Assembly (NCBI GenBank): GCA_977017645.1
Contig: OZ360238.1
Coordinates: 70,370,001 to 70,434,000, forward strand
Direction: 5' to 3'
DNA from: Torpedo marmorata
Lineage: Eukaryota
Length of the DNA: 64,000 nt
Within the stretch, counting starts at the first letter, position 1; every line of letters begins with the position of its first letter. Below the pieces are notes generated by a model, which saw nothing but the letters and a program-made list of their open reading frames with translations, ran no database searches and was not told the DNA's origin. Both the position numbers and the translations under genes were made by a program. Shown here piece after piece: positions 45,620 through 58,626 of the stretch.

Positions 45620-47847
45620 TTTTTTAATTTTATTTTAAGTTTTCAAATTTTTCACAATAATACAAAATAGTACAAAATATATGATAGACATTAATGAGTT
45701 CAATACAAACAAAATTCGTATTACCGTGATTCTAACCCCATCTCAACCCACCCTCACTAAAACAACCCACCCTCCACCCTTCCCATCCCTTACTCCCTCC
45801 CCTTACTAAAGATAAAGAAAAAAGAAGAAAGAGGAGAAGACATTAACATTTATCAAAAAAAACATCCGTACGGGTCCACGGCTCGGTGTGAGACATTCAA
45901 CAGTATTCATTCTTTAAGTTTAAATTTAAGAGAGTCAGCAGGGTCTAGGATGTAGAACAACACATTTAAATATTCATTCCTAATAATTGGATAAATGGAC
46001 GCCAAATTTGCAAAAATACCCCATATTTATTCCTCATATTATATGCTATTCTTTCCAATGGAATACAACTCCGCATCTCTGAGTTCCATCTATCCATACT
46101 TAAATTTGCATCCGATTTCCAAGTTACTGCTATACATTTCCTTGCTACTGCTAATGCAATTTTTACAAATTTCAATTGCCATGTAGATAACTTCAATTTT
46201 GGTCTCGTTCCTTCCACATTTCCCAATAAAAATAAGTCAGGATTCTGTGGAAATGTAACACCTGTAATTTGTTTTAACCGGTTTCCTAACTCTATCCAAA
46301 AACCTTTAACTTTTGGACATGACTACGTTTTGTGTAAAAAGGTTCCCTCTTCTTCACCACATCTAAAACATCTATTTGATATCGTAGAATTTATCTTATT
46401 CAATTTTTGTGGTGTAAGATATAATTGATGTAAAAAGTTATATTGTACCAATCTATATCTTACATTAACAGTATTAGTCATACTATCTAAACATAAATCC
46501 GACCACCTTTTTTCATCAATTGTACATTAAGATCTTGTTCCCATCTTTGTCTAGATTTATGAAGTCCTCGTTTTAAAGCTCCCCTTTGTAGCAAAGAATA
46601 CACTATAGAAGTAAATTTCTTAATATTTCCTTTCCTAATAAGAGTTTCTACCTCACTACAATCTTGTAACAACAAATCTGGACCTAGTTTTTCTCTTAAA
46701 TAACCTCTTAGTTGAAAATAACAAAAAAGAGTATTATTAGGTATTCCATATTTATTCCGTAGTTGTATAAATGACATCAATTGATTTCCTTCCTAGCAAT
46801 CTTCTATCTTCTTTATTCCTTTTAATGACCAAGTATTTAAAAATTGATTATCTTTTGTAAATGGTATAAGATTATTCTGTATCAAAGGCACTTTGGGTGA
46901 TATACTTCCTTTCAACCCTATGTCATCATTAACCTTATTCCAAACATTAATCAAATGTTTTAATAACGGTGTTTCTTTAACACCTGTCAATAGTTTTGAA
47001 TTCCATTTGTATATAAATTCTTGTGGTACCTTTTCTCCTATTTCTCCTAGTTCTATTCCAACCCACGCAGGTCTTTCTTCAGTTTCAAAAAAAGAAGCAA
47101 CAAATCGCATTTGTGCCGCTCGATAATAATTCTTAAAATTAGGGAGTTGCAAACCCCCCAATTCATATTTCCATGTTAAACGTTCCATTGAAACTCTTGA
47201 CATTTTACCTTTCCATAAAAATTTTCGCACTTGTTTATTTAAGTCCTGGAAGAAAACCTGTGGTAATAAAATAGGTATAGTCTGATACAAATACTGTATC
47301 CTTGGAAATATATTCATTTTGATACAGTTAACTCTTCCTATCAATGTAATTGGTAAATTAGTCCACTTTTCTCAATCCTCCTTAATCTTGTTAAGTAATG
47401 GTACATAGTTCCATTTATATAGATTTTTTAATTTATTATCTGTCCGAACCCCAAGATATTTTATTCCATTATGTGGCCATTTAAACTGAGTAGTTCTTTT
47501 GCATACAGTATAGTCTCCCTCTGTAAGAGGCATAACTTCACTTTTATCCCAATTTATCTTGTAACCAGAGACTTTTCCATATTCCTCCAGTTTGAAATGT
47601 AGTCTTTGCAAAGAAGTCTCAGGCTCTGTCAAGTATATTAAAACATCATCCGCAAATAGACTAATTTTATGTTGCTCTTGACCAACTGTAAATCCATAAA
47701 TTGCCAAATCACTTCTAATAGCCTCTGCTAACGGTTCTATAGCTAATACAAATAAAGCTGGTGACAATGGACACCCTTGCCGACTAGATTTTGTTAAACA
47801 AAACGAAGTTGATATTTGTCCATTGGTCACTACTTTAGCTTTTGGAG
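45620..47847 (-). mobile_element. 5'-truncated L1, same subfamily as 34889-40764, inserted in the Gypsy integrase
   Basis: ORFs 47372-47830, 46793-47344, 46487-46780 and 45966-46226 match that ORF2. TSD AATCAGGAA at 45611-45619 and 47848-47856. Confidence 0.93.
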
Positions 47848-50800
47848 AATCAGGAAATTTTCATCCATAAATGGACCAGCGAAATCCACGTGAATTCTAT
47901 GCCATGGTCGTGATGGCCATTTCCATGGGTTAGCTTCGGCTTGAGGTGCTTTGGGCTGCGTCTCCTAACAAATGTAACATCTTCTCACCATCTGTTCAAT
48001 ATCGATGTCAATTGACAGCCACCACACATGCATACGTGCTGGGGCTTTCATTTGGACCATCCCTGGGTGATTGTTGTGTAGCTCTAATAATATGGCAGTT
48101 TGCCATTTCTTGGGGATGATTTTCCTTGCTCCCCACAATAAACAGCCTTCTTCGATCGATATTTCATTGCGTCATGTATAATAAGGTTTCAGTTCGGGCG
48201 AATAATGTCGATTTCGGGCTACCCATTCAATGTAAAATATAGGACCTTCGACAGTGTAGCTTCTTTCCGTACTTCTTTGCTGATAGTCTTTGCTGTAATC
48301 GGTAAGTGAAGAAGTTGTTCTTGATTAATAGCTGTAGCTTCCGCCGTCCATTTAATTGTTTCTTCTTCATGTTCAGTTTCAGGCAGAGGCAAGCATGATA
48401 AGGCATCGGCATGGCCATTTTGTTTTGCCGGTTTATGTTTTAAGTCATAATCGTATGCAGCGAGCTCCATGGCCCACCTCTGAATTCTAGTCGCAGGTAT
48501 TACCGGAATGCCTTTTTTAGGTCCTAAAATTAAACTCAGTGGCTTGTTGTCTGTTACCAAGGTGAACTTCCTACCGTACAAGTATTGGTGAAATCGCTTG
48601 AGACCAAATATTATGGCGAGTCCTTCTTTTTCCAGTTGTGCATAATTACGTTCACAAGCCGTCAAAGAGCAGGAGGCGTAAGCCACAGGTTGTTCTCCTT
48701 TTTCTGTGACCTGTGACAACACCGCACCCAAACCTACTGGTGAAGCATCCACCGCCAGACTCACATCCTTCTCTGGGTCGTAGTGGACCAGAACATTATC
48801 GGTTGAAGTCAGCAGTTCTTTCAAACGATTGAACGCATTACTTGTTTCTTTATTCCAGCACAATTTCTGATCTTTTCTTAACAATTGGTTCAGTGGGTTG
48901 CACAGTGTTGACATGTTAGGAACGTGCTTCCGATAATGGTTAACCAAACCCAAGAATGATTGTAATTCTACTCTATTTGATGGGTAGGGTGCTCTGCTGA
49001 CAGCCTCGGTACCAGCCGTATCCATTCGGACTCCTTCACTATTTATTGTGAAACCCAGATATGTTACTGAGGGTACCATAAATACACCTTTGTCTCGGCG
49101 TAAACGGACATTTGCTTGTGGTAATCGGGTTAGGACCTTTTCCAAGTTTGATAGATGCTCTGCGTTGTCCCGACCTGTAATAATGATGTCATCGAGGTAG
49201 CATCCAACATTTATTCCATGTAACAATTTGTCCATAACCGCTTGAAATATGGCCGGGGCTGCTGATATTCCGTATGACATTCTAGTGTAAGTGAACAATC
49301 CCAAACGAGTATTGATTGCCACATACTTTTTTGATGCCTCATCCAATTCGATTTGCTGATATGCCTGTGATAAATCCAGTTTTGTGAACTTTTTTCCCCC
49401 ATTCATGGCTTGATACAGCTCCTCCGCTCTGGGCATGGGATGTTCCAGTATTTTCAGAGCTTGATTAATGGTGACTTTGTAATCACCACAAACGCAAATT
49501 TCCCCATTGGGTTTTCTGACGGGCACGATAGGAGCTGCCCAATCACTATATTGAAGTCGTTCAATGATTCCTTCGTTTTCCAATCTGTTAAGTTCTGACT
49601 CAATCTTTCCTTTTATTGCAAAAGGTACCGTCCTTGACTTATAAAATTTGGGTTCAACACCAGGTTTCAATTGCAACTTCGCCTGGACTCCTTGAATTTT
49701 TCCCAGGCCTTTTGCAAAAATCGTTTGATACTTCTTGAGTACTTGCTCCACCTTCGATTTGGGTTCACCCTCAGTATACACCTTCATTACTGACCCAATT
49801 TCCATCCAATCCAGTTGGATGTGCGACAACCAGTTTCTTCCAAACAACACCGGCCCCTTTGTGTCCACGATGTAGAGGGGTAATTTGTTCGATGTCTGTC
49901 ACTTATATTCGACGTCTACTTTACATTTCCCAAGCACCTTGACTTTCTCCCCTGTGACCGTTTACAACACCATGTCAGACTGTTTCATGGTAAGATGGGG
50001 TAATAGCTGTGTTTTCAAATTTATTGGCATTAGAGGCACAGGTGCTCCCATGTCCAACTCCATCTGAAGCGGTTCATTGTTGACTTTAACCTGGATATAC
50101 ATTTCTGATTTCTTATCCATTATACTGTGAATATACATTACTTTCATTGCCTTGTCTTCCTCGGAGTCATTAGTTTTACTGTTCGGGCTTTCTTCATTCT
50201 CCCCCACATTTTTCACTTTGGACGCCTGTTTATTTTATTTGGGTTTCTGATTTTTCTCCTTTCCTCCACTTTCTCTTTTTTGTGGACATTTGTCACATAG
50301 ATGACAACTGGCTTTTTTGAAATAACAATTATCTGGACTGTGGTTACTTTTTCCGCAGCAGAAGCATTCTCGTCGGTTTAATTTTCCCACTACCTGCAAC
50401 TCTCCTTGTATGATATCCATGTTTTGGCTGGCCATCTCGAAACTTAAGGCAGTATCGTACGCAGACTTAATGTCTAATTCTTTCTTACTCAGCAATCGTT
50501 GCTGGGAATTGTGGTCAGCCAAACCCATGACTAACCTGTCCCTTAATGCTTTGCTCAGGAACTCTCCAAAATTACAACTTTCCGACAGTCTGCGCAATTT
50601 GGCCAAATATTCGCTTACAGTTTAGCTTGCTTTTTGTTTTCTGGAATAAAGTTTGTATCTTTCTGCAATTACTACTGGTTTAGGTGATAGGTATTCTCCT
50701 CCCACTACACACAAATCCTCATAAGACTTAGTACTCGGTCTCTCGGGTGCCAAAAGGGATTTCATCAGTTTATATGTCTTGCTTCCCACTTCGCTTAGAA

Positions 50801-51063
50801 ACAGTGCCTATTTCCTTCTGAAAGCCAGTGTATCTGTCATATTATGAGCAAGACAGAACATATGAAATCTCTCCAAGTAGTCACACCAGCCTTCTGATTC
50901 TTTGAATTCTCCAAAACGTCCTTCCGCCATTTTGAATCTTCTTTTCTTTGTTCTCTGTGCATCAGCCTGTGTGGATTACTGTGGTCTTCGTCTTCCAATC
51001 TTCTAATCTTCCGACCTTCCAATCTTCTCTCCAACGTTCGGAGTGTAGAAGAAGTTCTTTTTT

Positions 51064-51076
51064 ATCCTCGTCGCCA
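51064..51076 (-). promoter_or_regulatory. Primer-binding site complementary to the 3' end of tRNA-Ser(GCU)
   Basis: Plus strand ATCCTCGTCGCCA (minus TGGCGACGAGGAT), 3 nt from the LTR end. tRNA identity is recalled, not searched. Confidence 0.75.
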
Positions 51077-51122
51077 ATCTGTTGTGTATTCTAGGCTTAG
51101 AAATACACTTGCACATGGAGAC

Positions 51123-51669
51123 AATAGACAATAGGTGCAGGAGTAGGCCATTTGGCCCTTCGAGCCAGCACCACCATTTACTGTGATCATGGCTGATCAT
51201 CCACTATCAGTACCCTGTTCCTGCCTTCTCCCCATATCCCTTGACTCCGCTATCTTTAAGAGCTCTATCTAAATCTTTCTTGAAAGCATCCATAGAATTG
51301 GCCTCCACTGCCTTCTGAGGCAAAGCATTCCACAGATCCACAACTCTCTGGGTGAAAAAGTGTTTCCTCAACTCCGTTCTAAATGGCCTACCCTTTATTC
51401 TTAAACTGTGGCCTCTGGTTCTCGACTCCTCCAACATCGGGAAAATGTTTCCTGCCTCTAGTGTGTCCAATCCCTTAATAATCTTATATATTTCAATCAG
51501 ATCCCCTCTCATCCTTCTAAATTCCAGTCTATACAAGCCCAATCGCTCCAATCTTTCAACATATGACAGTCCCGCCATCCAGGGAATTAACCTCGTGAAC
51601 CTACGCTGCACTCCCTCAATAGCAAGAATGTCCTTCCTCAAACCTGGAGACCAAAACTGCTCACAATAC
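51123..51669 (-). mobile_element. CR1 LINE 3' fragment inserted in the Gypsy 5' LTR
   Basis: ORF 51207-51680 EYCEQFWSP..VQRRFTRLIP..RTRGHSLRI, with a (CTATTGT)n tail. The LTR rejoins as CATGGAGAC-TCATTATTC. Confidence 0.92.
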
Positions 51670-51945
51670 TCATTATTCATTCTTTATTGCAAATCTAAAG
51701 TGGTTCCCCGCAGCACACAATATATATGCGTTATGACGTCATACGCACGCCTGCGTTTTTCCACAACAAATACGTATAAAGAGGTCAATTTCACCATATC
51801 CTCTCCTTCTCACGTAATTGTTCTGTTACCTTCTTCTCAAACAAGTTCATTTAAAATCCCTGGAAGTATCAAATATAAAACAAACTGGCGAAATGAATGA
51901 GTATAAACATATCCAATTGATAACTGGTTTTGGTAAAACTGTTGT

Positions 51946-52053
51946 AAAACACGAAAGTCTGCAGACACCGTGGTTGAAGTAAAAACATAATGCTGGAGAA
52001 ATTCAACAGGTCAAACAGTGTACCAAAGTTTCGGGCTTGACCCCTTCATCGAA
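51946..52053 (-). mobile_element. 108-bp solo Penelope pLTR unit with a 13-bp TSD
   Basis: GTAAAACTGTTGT at 51933-51945 and 52054-52066. The minus strand begins TTCGATGAAGGGGTCAAGCCCGAAAC. Confidence 0.82.
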
Positions 52054-52437
52054 GTAAAACTGTTGTTGCAATAATTTCTTGTTATTTCAAACACAAAAGT
52101 TTTCTGCCTCTTTCTATGAGGATGAAGTATTTGTCACTTGCATAAGTTTTATTTCATCCTGCTTGTTTTGATCCACTGCAACTTATTTCTGCACCAAAGA
52201 CTCAGTTAGCAGTTTTGAGTGGAGCACCATTCCCTTTATATTTTGGAAAACAACAGCCTATGTGCTACACGGGTCACCAATCCTCCATCTAATACAGTTT
52301 TCAAAAGATACTTAAAAATCAATATGACAGACAGGAAATCATATGTGTTCACTGTATCTGTATTTCCCAAGAGCCTGAATGACATTTTACAATGAACTGC
52401 TTGAAATACAGGGCACTCTTTCTTAAGTTTAAATAAG

Positions 52438-52582
52438 CCATTCTCAACCTTTTTTCAGCTATGCCCCCCCCCCCCCGGACTCTGCTCAAAGTTCATGGAC
52501 CCCCTTCCCTGTGAAGCAGTCAAGTTTTGGTTTCTTCCGTACTTCTCTCCTATCGACTACATAAAAATCATAAAAAAATATT
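52438..52582 (+). mobile_element. Possible hAT/Charlie-type left end
   Basis: GCCATTCTCAACCTTTTTT resembles hAT-Charlie termini. No right TIR was seen. Confidence 0.35.
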
Positions 52583-52584
52583 GT

Positions 52585-53485
52585 CAAATGGTAAAGCAGA
52601 GAAAGGAGTTCACATAGTTAAACAGTTGCCCAAGAAAGCACTAAACAGTGGCTCAGACCCGTATCTAGCTCTATTGAGTTAAAGAGTTTCGCCACTTGAA
52701 CATGTCATGTCACCCGCTGAGCTTCTGATGGGACGTAGACTACACACACTTCCCTACTCTGCAGACCCAAACAAGAACAGGGATGTCGAACGGAAACAGA
52801 AGCGTCTGCAATGGAGACAAAAAGCAAACTGTGACAAGTCAGCAAGAAGCTTAGGGCCACTGGCACAACATGACACAGTGAGACTCAGAGATTCCAACAC
52901 TTGGGACAAAAAAGGCTACTGTTCTGGAGGAAGTAAATCCAAGATCCTACACTGTCAGAACAGAGGATGGTCAAATACTGAGGAGGAATTGAAAGAGCCT
53001 ACTGAAAACGCAAAAGACACTGCAGGAACAGACAAATGCAGAAGATCCAGCCTGCACAGCAACAGAGGAAACACCACCAGTGCTAGACGTTAGTGGACCA
53101 GCAGAGCCGACACAAGCACCTGTGTTAAGAAGATCCACATGTGTTATCAAAGCACCTGACAGACTGAATCTCTAAAAGAAAAAGAACTGCACACTTAAAA
53201 AGTTTGTGCTGCTGATGTTGTGTTTACGTTTGTGTTGAACTTTAAATTGAAATGAATACTGTATTAGTGTGTCATGTTGTTAGATTTACATCTCAAGGAA
53301 AGGGGATGTAATGATAGAGTGCTATTGATCCTCCTGACCACTAGAGGGAGTCGGAGACTAGTTTGTTGCAGCTTCGGTTGGATTCAAAATGGAGGCCTCC
53401 ACACTGTCTTTAATCTATAACTAATAAAGTATAGTTGTTTTAAAAGAACCCAAGTTTCTTTATTACAATAAAAAGAAACATCACA
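52585..53485 (+). mobile_element. 3' remnant (INT tail, PPT, LTR 53307-53485) of a Gypsy related to 184-5712
   Basis: Closely similar to the reverse complement of 405-1063 plus 2074-2095. PPT TCAAGGAAAGGGGA; LTR TGTAATG..CATCACA. Confidence 0.9.
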
Positions 53486-53784
53486 ATGACCATCTTACAA
53501 AGGCCACAGGTACTGCGTAACATAATGACTGATTCCAACATGTTACTTCAAAATGATTGGTCATCTGGGAAATAACGAACTGAAAAGCAAATAAGCTGCA
53601 GATACTAGAAACTTAAAATAACAACAGAACATACTGCTTCTCTCTCCATACCTGCTGCCTGATTCACTGAGGAATACTCTTTTGCTATAGATATGGCCTA
53701 AAATGTTTGTTGAATGTTTGCCCGTGTGTCATCTGTTTAAGCTATGGTTGGAAGTCCAGAGAACTCTACAGGAGTTTAGGACCC

Positions 53785-53965
53785 TTTTTTTAAAAAATAT
53801 TTTATTTAAAATTTTTAAATCACACAGTACACAGTTTAAAATGCAAAATTCTCAAATTACATGTGATACATTTTCACCCCCCCCCCACCCTCCCTCCCTC
53901 CCTCCCCTCCCTAACCCTCCCGAAAAGAAAGAAAGAAGAAGAAAAAGATAGAGTAAGGAGAATGT
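53785..53965 (-). mobile_element. Very short L1 3' tail (second subfamily)
   Basis: Matches 41869-42046; flanked by GGACCC(T/A)TTT repeats. Confidence 0.8.
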
Positions 53966-56231
53966 GGACCCATTTAAAAAAAAAAAAATTATCTTCCTTT
54001 ACACTAAAGTATATACAGTATGTTATTGGGGGCTGGTGGAAGTTCACAACACACCAGAAATATTGCTAGCAGGAAAATATTTTCAGCCAATTGATAATTG
54101 TTCATTTTTCCCTTTTTGTTCTTTTTATGCTTGCATTGAGATTCTTGTGAGATTTGATAATATTTGCATGCACAGCACTATCAGCTATCACCAACGGTAT
54201 TCCTAAAGACACCTTTTCAGTTACTGGGAATAGCAGGGGGGGTGCATGGCAGGATAGAATGAATAAGAAATACTCCATTCCTACCCATGTACACCTGCCA
54301 AGGTAAAAAGCAACAAATATCCTTTGTTTCATAATTGTCGGTCACTTGCACATTGTTAAACCTTGAGATACTTTCAGGCGACCCTATATGGTCTGAAGTC
54401 ATGCTGAGCAAAGGCCAAGTGCATGATGTTTGACAGTTACAATTGTGTGCCAACACATCAAATGTGGCCTGCCATAACGTTGGCTGCAAACCTTCAGCAG
54501 ACCAGCTGCACCATTGAGTAATCAGCTGTGGGGTGTGCCAGAAAAATGTGTCTAAAGTACTGAGCCGCCTTGATCCTAACTATTGAAGACATACTGTTTG
54601 ACTATGAGCCTTGTTGTTGACAACCAGGTTCTTGAAGTGAATATGGATTACCTGTCCCAGACATTATTGGGCAAAAGCAGCCAGTGACCTGCTTAGAGGC
54701 AGCTGAACATTTGTCTCTTCGGCAAATCATTCATACAGATGGAGGCTTATATTCCTAAAATAGGTGGGGAGAGTATACTGATGGCAACACAAATATACCA
54801 GTTCCTCACCAACTGTAAGGCTGGAAGCTTTTTCAAGATCGCCTGTAAAATAAAATTATTGCATGAAAGATGAATTGTCAACATAATTCTATTCTCAATT
54901 GACATGTATTTAAGAACACTTACAACACATATCACCAAATAAAGAATGGGAATTGTTCCCAATTCTCTCCTGCCGCTCCTTTAATTCCAGACAAAGGGCA
55001 TTGAAGTTAAACAATTAAGGGTACATTTTGCAAAGAAAATTAGGCGAGGTGTAAAATCCATTACACCACATCCAGAGATCAATTCTACACCAGCACTTCA
55101 ATTTCAGCTTGATTGATTATCTTAATATAGATTAAGCATTCTACCAACTATTTATTGCTTTAAACTGATGAGCAATCATAGAATAACACTGTTACTCCTA
55201 AATAAAATGTCTGATCCTATCTGTCTTTTTATTTAATTCTCAACCAGCAAGGAGGGAAATTGCAATTTAAAGCAGAATATTTACTGATCAGACCACTCCT
55301 TGTTCATTAAATGTTGATTTCCATTTACATCTCCTTACTTTCCTTTGAGAATTCCTTGCAATTTTCATAAATGTTTCCAAACAAAATGCTTGTCAGTGCT
55401 TATCTATATATTGCATAACCTGTAAAACATCAGATGCAGTATTTTCATGAGAAGAACTCCAATTCATGAATGATTAAATGCATTATTTTGTGATTCTATA
55501 TACTTCATATAAGATGGCTAGCCATCAATAAAGATACAACAGTTCATTGCTGCAAAACACCAGAAGGTAGTTTGGCTTAGTTGTTGAAAGGTTTGGACCA
55601 CACAAACTGGTAAACCTGGCAAAATAGAATAAGCATGTGCCATCCGTAGTGTTCTCACTACACATAAATATCACACTCAATGAAAAAACCAACCAGATAC
55701 ATAGAACTAAGTATCACTGAAGTTGTGACCTTCCATTTCACTTTTATGACTAATATGCTCACCACACGAGTAATGAACGACAATCCGCCTCACATTTCAG
55801 GATGTTTCCATTTAAATCTACTCCAATCCCTAGAGCAACATTTCAACACTGATGTCTGCAATGATTGACATGTTACCATGTTGAGGCAATAGACTAGTGA
55901 TGGATATTTTGAGTAATGGCTCTTCATAGCATCTGACAGGTAATTTGTTCTGCATTCTATAAAGATAAAGCATGTGTCTGGATTCAGGGAAACTACAGCA
56001 CAGATAATTAATTTATTTCCTGAGACAAATTCATACCCATTTATTTAGCTGTGCTCACAACTGTTAAATTCTGTATCTTTAACGTAAATGTGCACTGTCT
56101 TAATGTACTTTGTAAAGTTATACAAAGACCACAGACATTCTGAATGTATAACATTTGAGAGATTTTATCTGATTTTTGATAAAATTTATTCTCTTTTGCA
56201 TTTTCTCCAATTCAGTATCATTTACTATGTC

Positions 56232-56262
<31 letters not shown>

Positions 56263-57295
56263 AAAACAATGACTTATATACAAGTTCCTTTTACAGTTTC
56301 TGAAATATTCTATTACCTTTTTGATCAGTTTTATATATTTGCTGGGATAGAGTTTATTTGCACTAGTTCAAATATACAAACCAGTTACTAACTGTTGTTT
56401 GAACTATGTTTTTTGTTGTTGTATAGTTTATTAACACCACGGCAATGTATGGTGATGCTTGAAGAGATAAATTATTCTTGCAATGAGTTTGTTGCATTTT
56501 TTAATTTGAGAAGATGTGATGTGAAGCATAGACTTGCCTCATTATAATTCGCAAGGCCTTATTACATTATTTTATATAATCTGTTATTTGAACAAACATT
56601 TCAGGGTGCACATTGTGTTTTTGCCTATGGCAATGCACCTGGCCTTAACAACAACAGGATGGAAAATTGTGCACATTATCCATTATGTCCCAATTGTTCC
56701 ATTAGTAATCGAAGCATCTTTTCTCAGACAAAATCTAACTTAAGACTGTTAAAGGTAACAAATAAGAGCAATTGGTATCATCAGAAGAAAGTGAATTGCT
56801 GCAAACAGCTAAAACCAGTGGAAATGCTCTTTTTCCTGCAAAGTTTGATCATTTCTTGAGAAACAACTTCCAATAAAATTAACAATCTGGAGGTTTAGAA
56901 TTTTTGCTTAATATTCTTAATATAAATCATACTCTTTACATGCTTGTGTCATCATTTTGAAGTGGTTTAGAAGATCAAAATGAATTGTCAGCATCAAAAA
57001 TTGCACTGTTTTTCATGGTGAATGATACCAGATACATTATTTATAACATGCCAGGGCATTATTAAATAAATTTGAGAACTGTCACATTGAATTTAAATAT
57101 ATATATATACATTAATTCAGAGGGGTTAGAGCGTATTCAATGTGACAAAATTGCTTTTCCAGTAATCTTATATTTCATTTTTTGCCCCAATATTTTCAGT
57201 GATGAATGACTGCAAAAATAAGAGCAACTGAGTCTCAGGGCAGTTCACAGAACTTAAACTTTGCTCAGTCTTGCAAATGCACATGTTCAATCAAC

Positions 57296-57963
57296 TAGTG
57301 TCCTCCATAATGTTTGGAACAATGACACTTTTTTCCTTTATTTGCCCCTGTGCTCCACAGTTTTAAATTTGCAATCAAACAATTCACATGTAATTAAAGT
57401 GCACATTCTAGATTTTATTCAAGGTTATTTATATACATTTTGGTTTGACCATGTAAAAATTACTGCACTTTTTACACATAGTCCCCTCATTTCAGGACAC
57501 CATAATGTTTGGGACATTTGGCTTCACAGATGTTTGTGAGTACTCAGGTATGTTTAATTGCTTCATTGGTGCAGGTATAAGAGAGCTCAGCTTGCTTTTA
57601 AGCTTTTGATCACCTTTGGAGTCTGTAGTTGCCGTTTTTCAACATGAGGACCAGAGTTGTGCCAATGAAAGTCAAAGAAGTCATTTTGAGGCTGAAAAAC
57701 AAGAATAAAACAGTAAGAGACATCGCCCAAACTTTAGGATTACCAAAATCAACAGTTTGGAACATCATTAAGAAGAAAGAACGTACTGGTGAGCTCAGTA
57801 ATCGCAAAGGGACTGGTATTCCAAGGAAGAAATCCACTGCTGATGACAGAAGAATTCTCGTTACAATGAAGAAAAATCCACAAATGTATATCTAACTGAT
57901 CAGAAACACTCTTCAGGAAGCAGGTGTGGATATGTCAATAAAGTGTCCGCAGAAGACTTCATG
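57296..57963 (+). mobile_element. Tc1 left end with the transposase DNA-binding domain, truncated
   Basis: Same family as 19633-21238. ORF 57629-57895 has a paired-like HTH (RDIAQTLGLPKSTVWNIIKK) and GIPRK. Confidence 0.9.
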
Positions 57964-57965
57964 TT

Positions 57966-58170
57966 CTTATGTTTCATCGTAATTAATGCTTTGTTTGAGG
58001 ATTTTAAACAAATGGAAAGTTATCTGCAATGTTGATGAAAAGCTATCAAAGGTTATGGGAAGAAGGAAGGGGAGTGGGGCTGTGGGAGAATGGATCAGCT
58101 CATGGTGGAATGGCAGACTCGATGAACCAAATAGCCTATTTCTGCTCCTACATCTTATGGTCTTATGGCC
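57966..58170 (+). mobile_element. CR1 3' end fragment
   Basis: AAGGTTATGGGAAGAAGG..GGATCAGCTCATGGTGGAATGGCAGACTCGATG..TCCTACATCTTATGGTCTTATGG has the CR1 tail pattern. Confidence 0.65.
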
Positions 58171-58499
58171 AAATACAAATCTGTCTGATCCAAACAGATA
58201 CCTAGATCTCACAAAGTGCCTTGTCAATACGAGCGAATTCTTCAAAAATTTAGTTGGAAACAGAATAGGAAAACCATTTCAGAAAGACAAGACCATAACC
58301 TTGCGCAAATAGTTGTTACATATTTATATGTACATATATTATACATTCTAATCTTTTATATTTTTCTGTCCAAGTACCAGTGAAGAACTGAGCAATAATC
58401 CTATGTAGAGCTTACACAACTCAATAACATAGGATCAGACATCACAAATGATTTGACATGTCTCTCAACATCAGCTGCATCAGTGTGGTGATGTATAAA

Positions 58500-58626
58500 T
58501 ACCCTGCCAACATTTTTCCATACTTTGATGAAGGGCTCAAGCCTGAAACATTGGTTATGTATCTTTATCTTTGCTATATAAAGTACATTGTTTGACCTGC
58601 TGAGTTTCTCCAGCATTGTGTTTTTA
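58500..58626 (+). mobile_element. Short Penelope pLTR copy with a hammerhead-like core
   Basis: TTGATGAAGGGCTCAAGCCTGAAAC at 58525-58549; matches 17537-17659. Confidence 0.82.

Larger units (their letters stand above)
44710..51768 (-). mobile_element. Degenerate Gypsy LTR retrotransposon; 5' LTR present, 3' LTR missing; carries L1 and CR1 insertions
   Basis: Gag 50235-50606 (CFCCGKSNHSPDNC), protease MELDMGA, pol 48219-49868 (YLDD, VDASPVG), integrase 44636-45610 (SDNGPQF), PBS 51064-51076, LTR 51080-51768. Confidence 0.92.

Noticed and set aside
50930-51060. Short TCTTC-rich repeats in the Gypsy leader, considered as a CRISPR-like array
   Set aside because: Irregular low-complexity repeats without unique spacers, in a eukaryotic retrotransposon.
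54000-57290. Long AT-rich tract with short ORFs and (TA)n runs
   Set aside because: No supportable exon, RNA gene or element boundary; conservation cannot be judged from this sequence alone.
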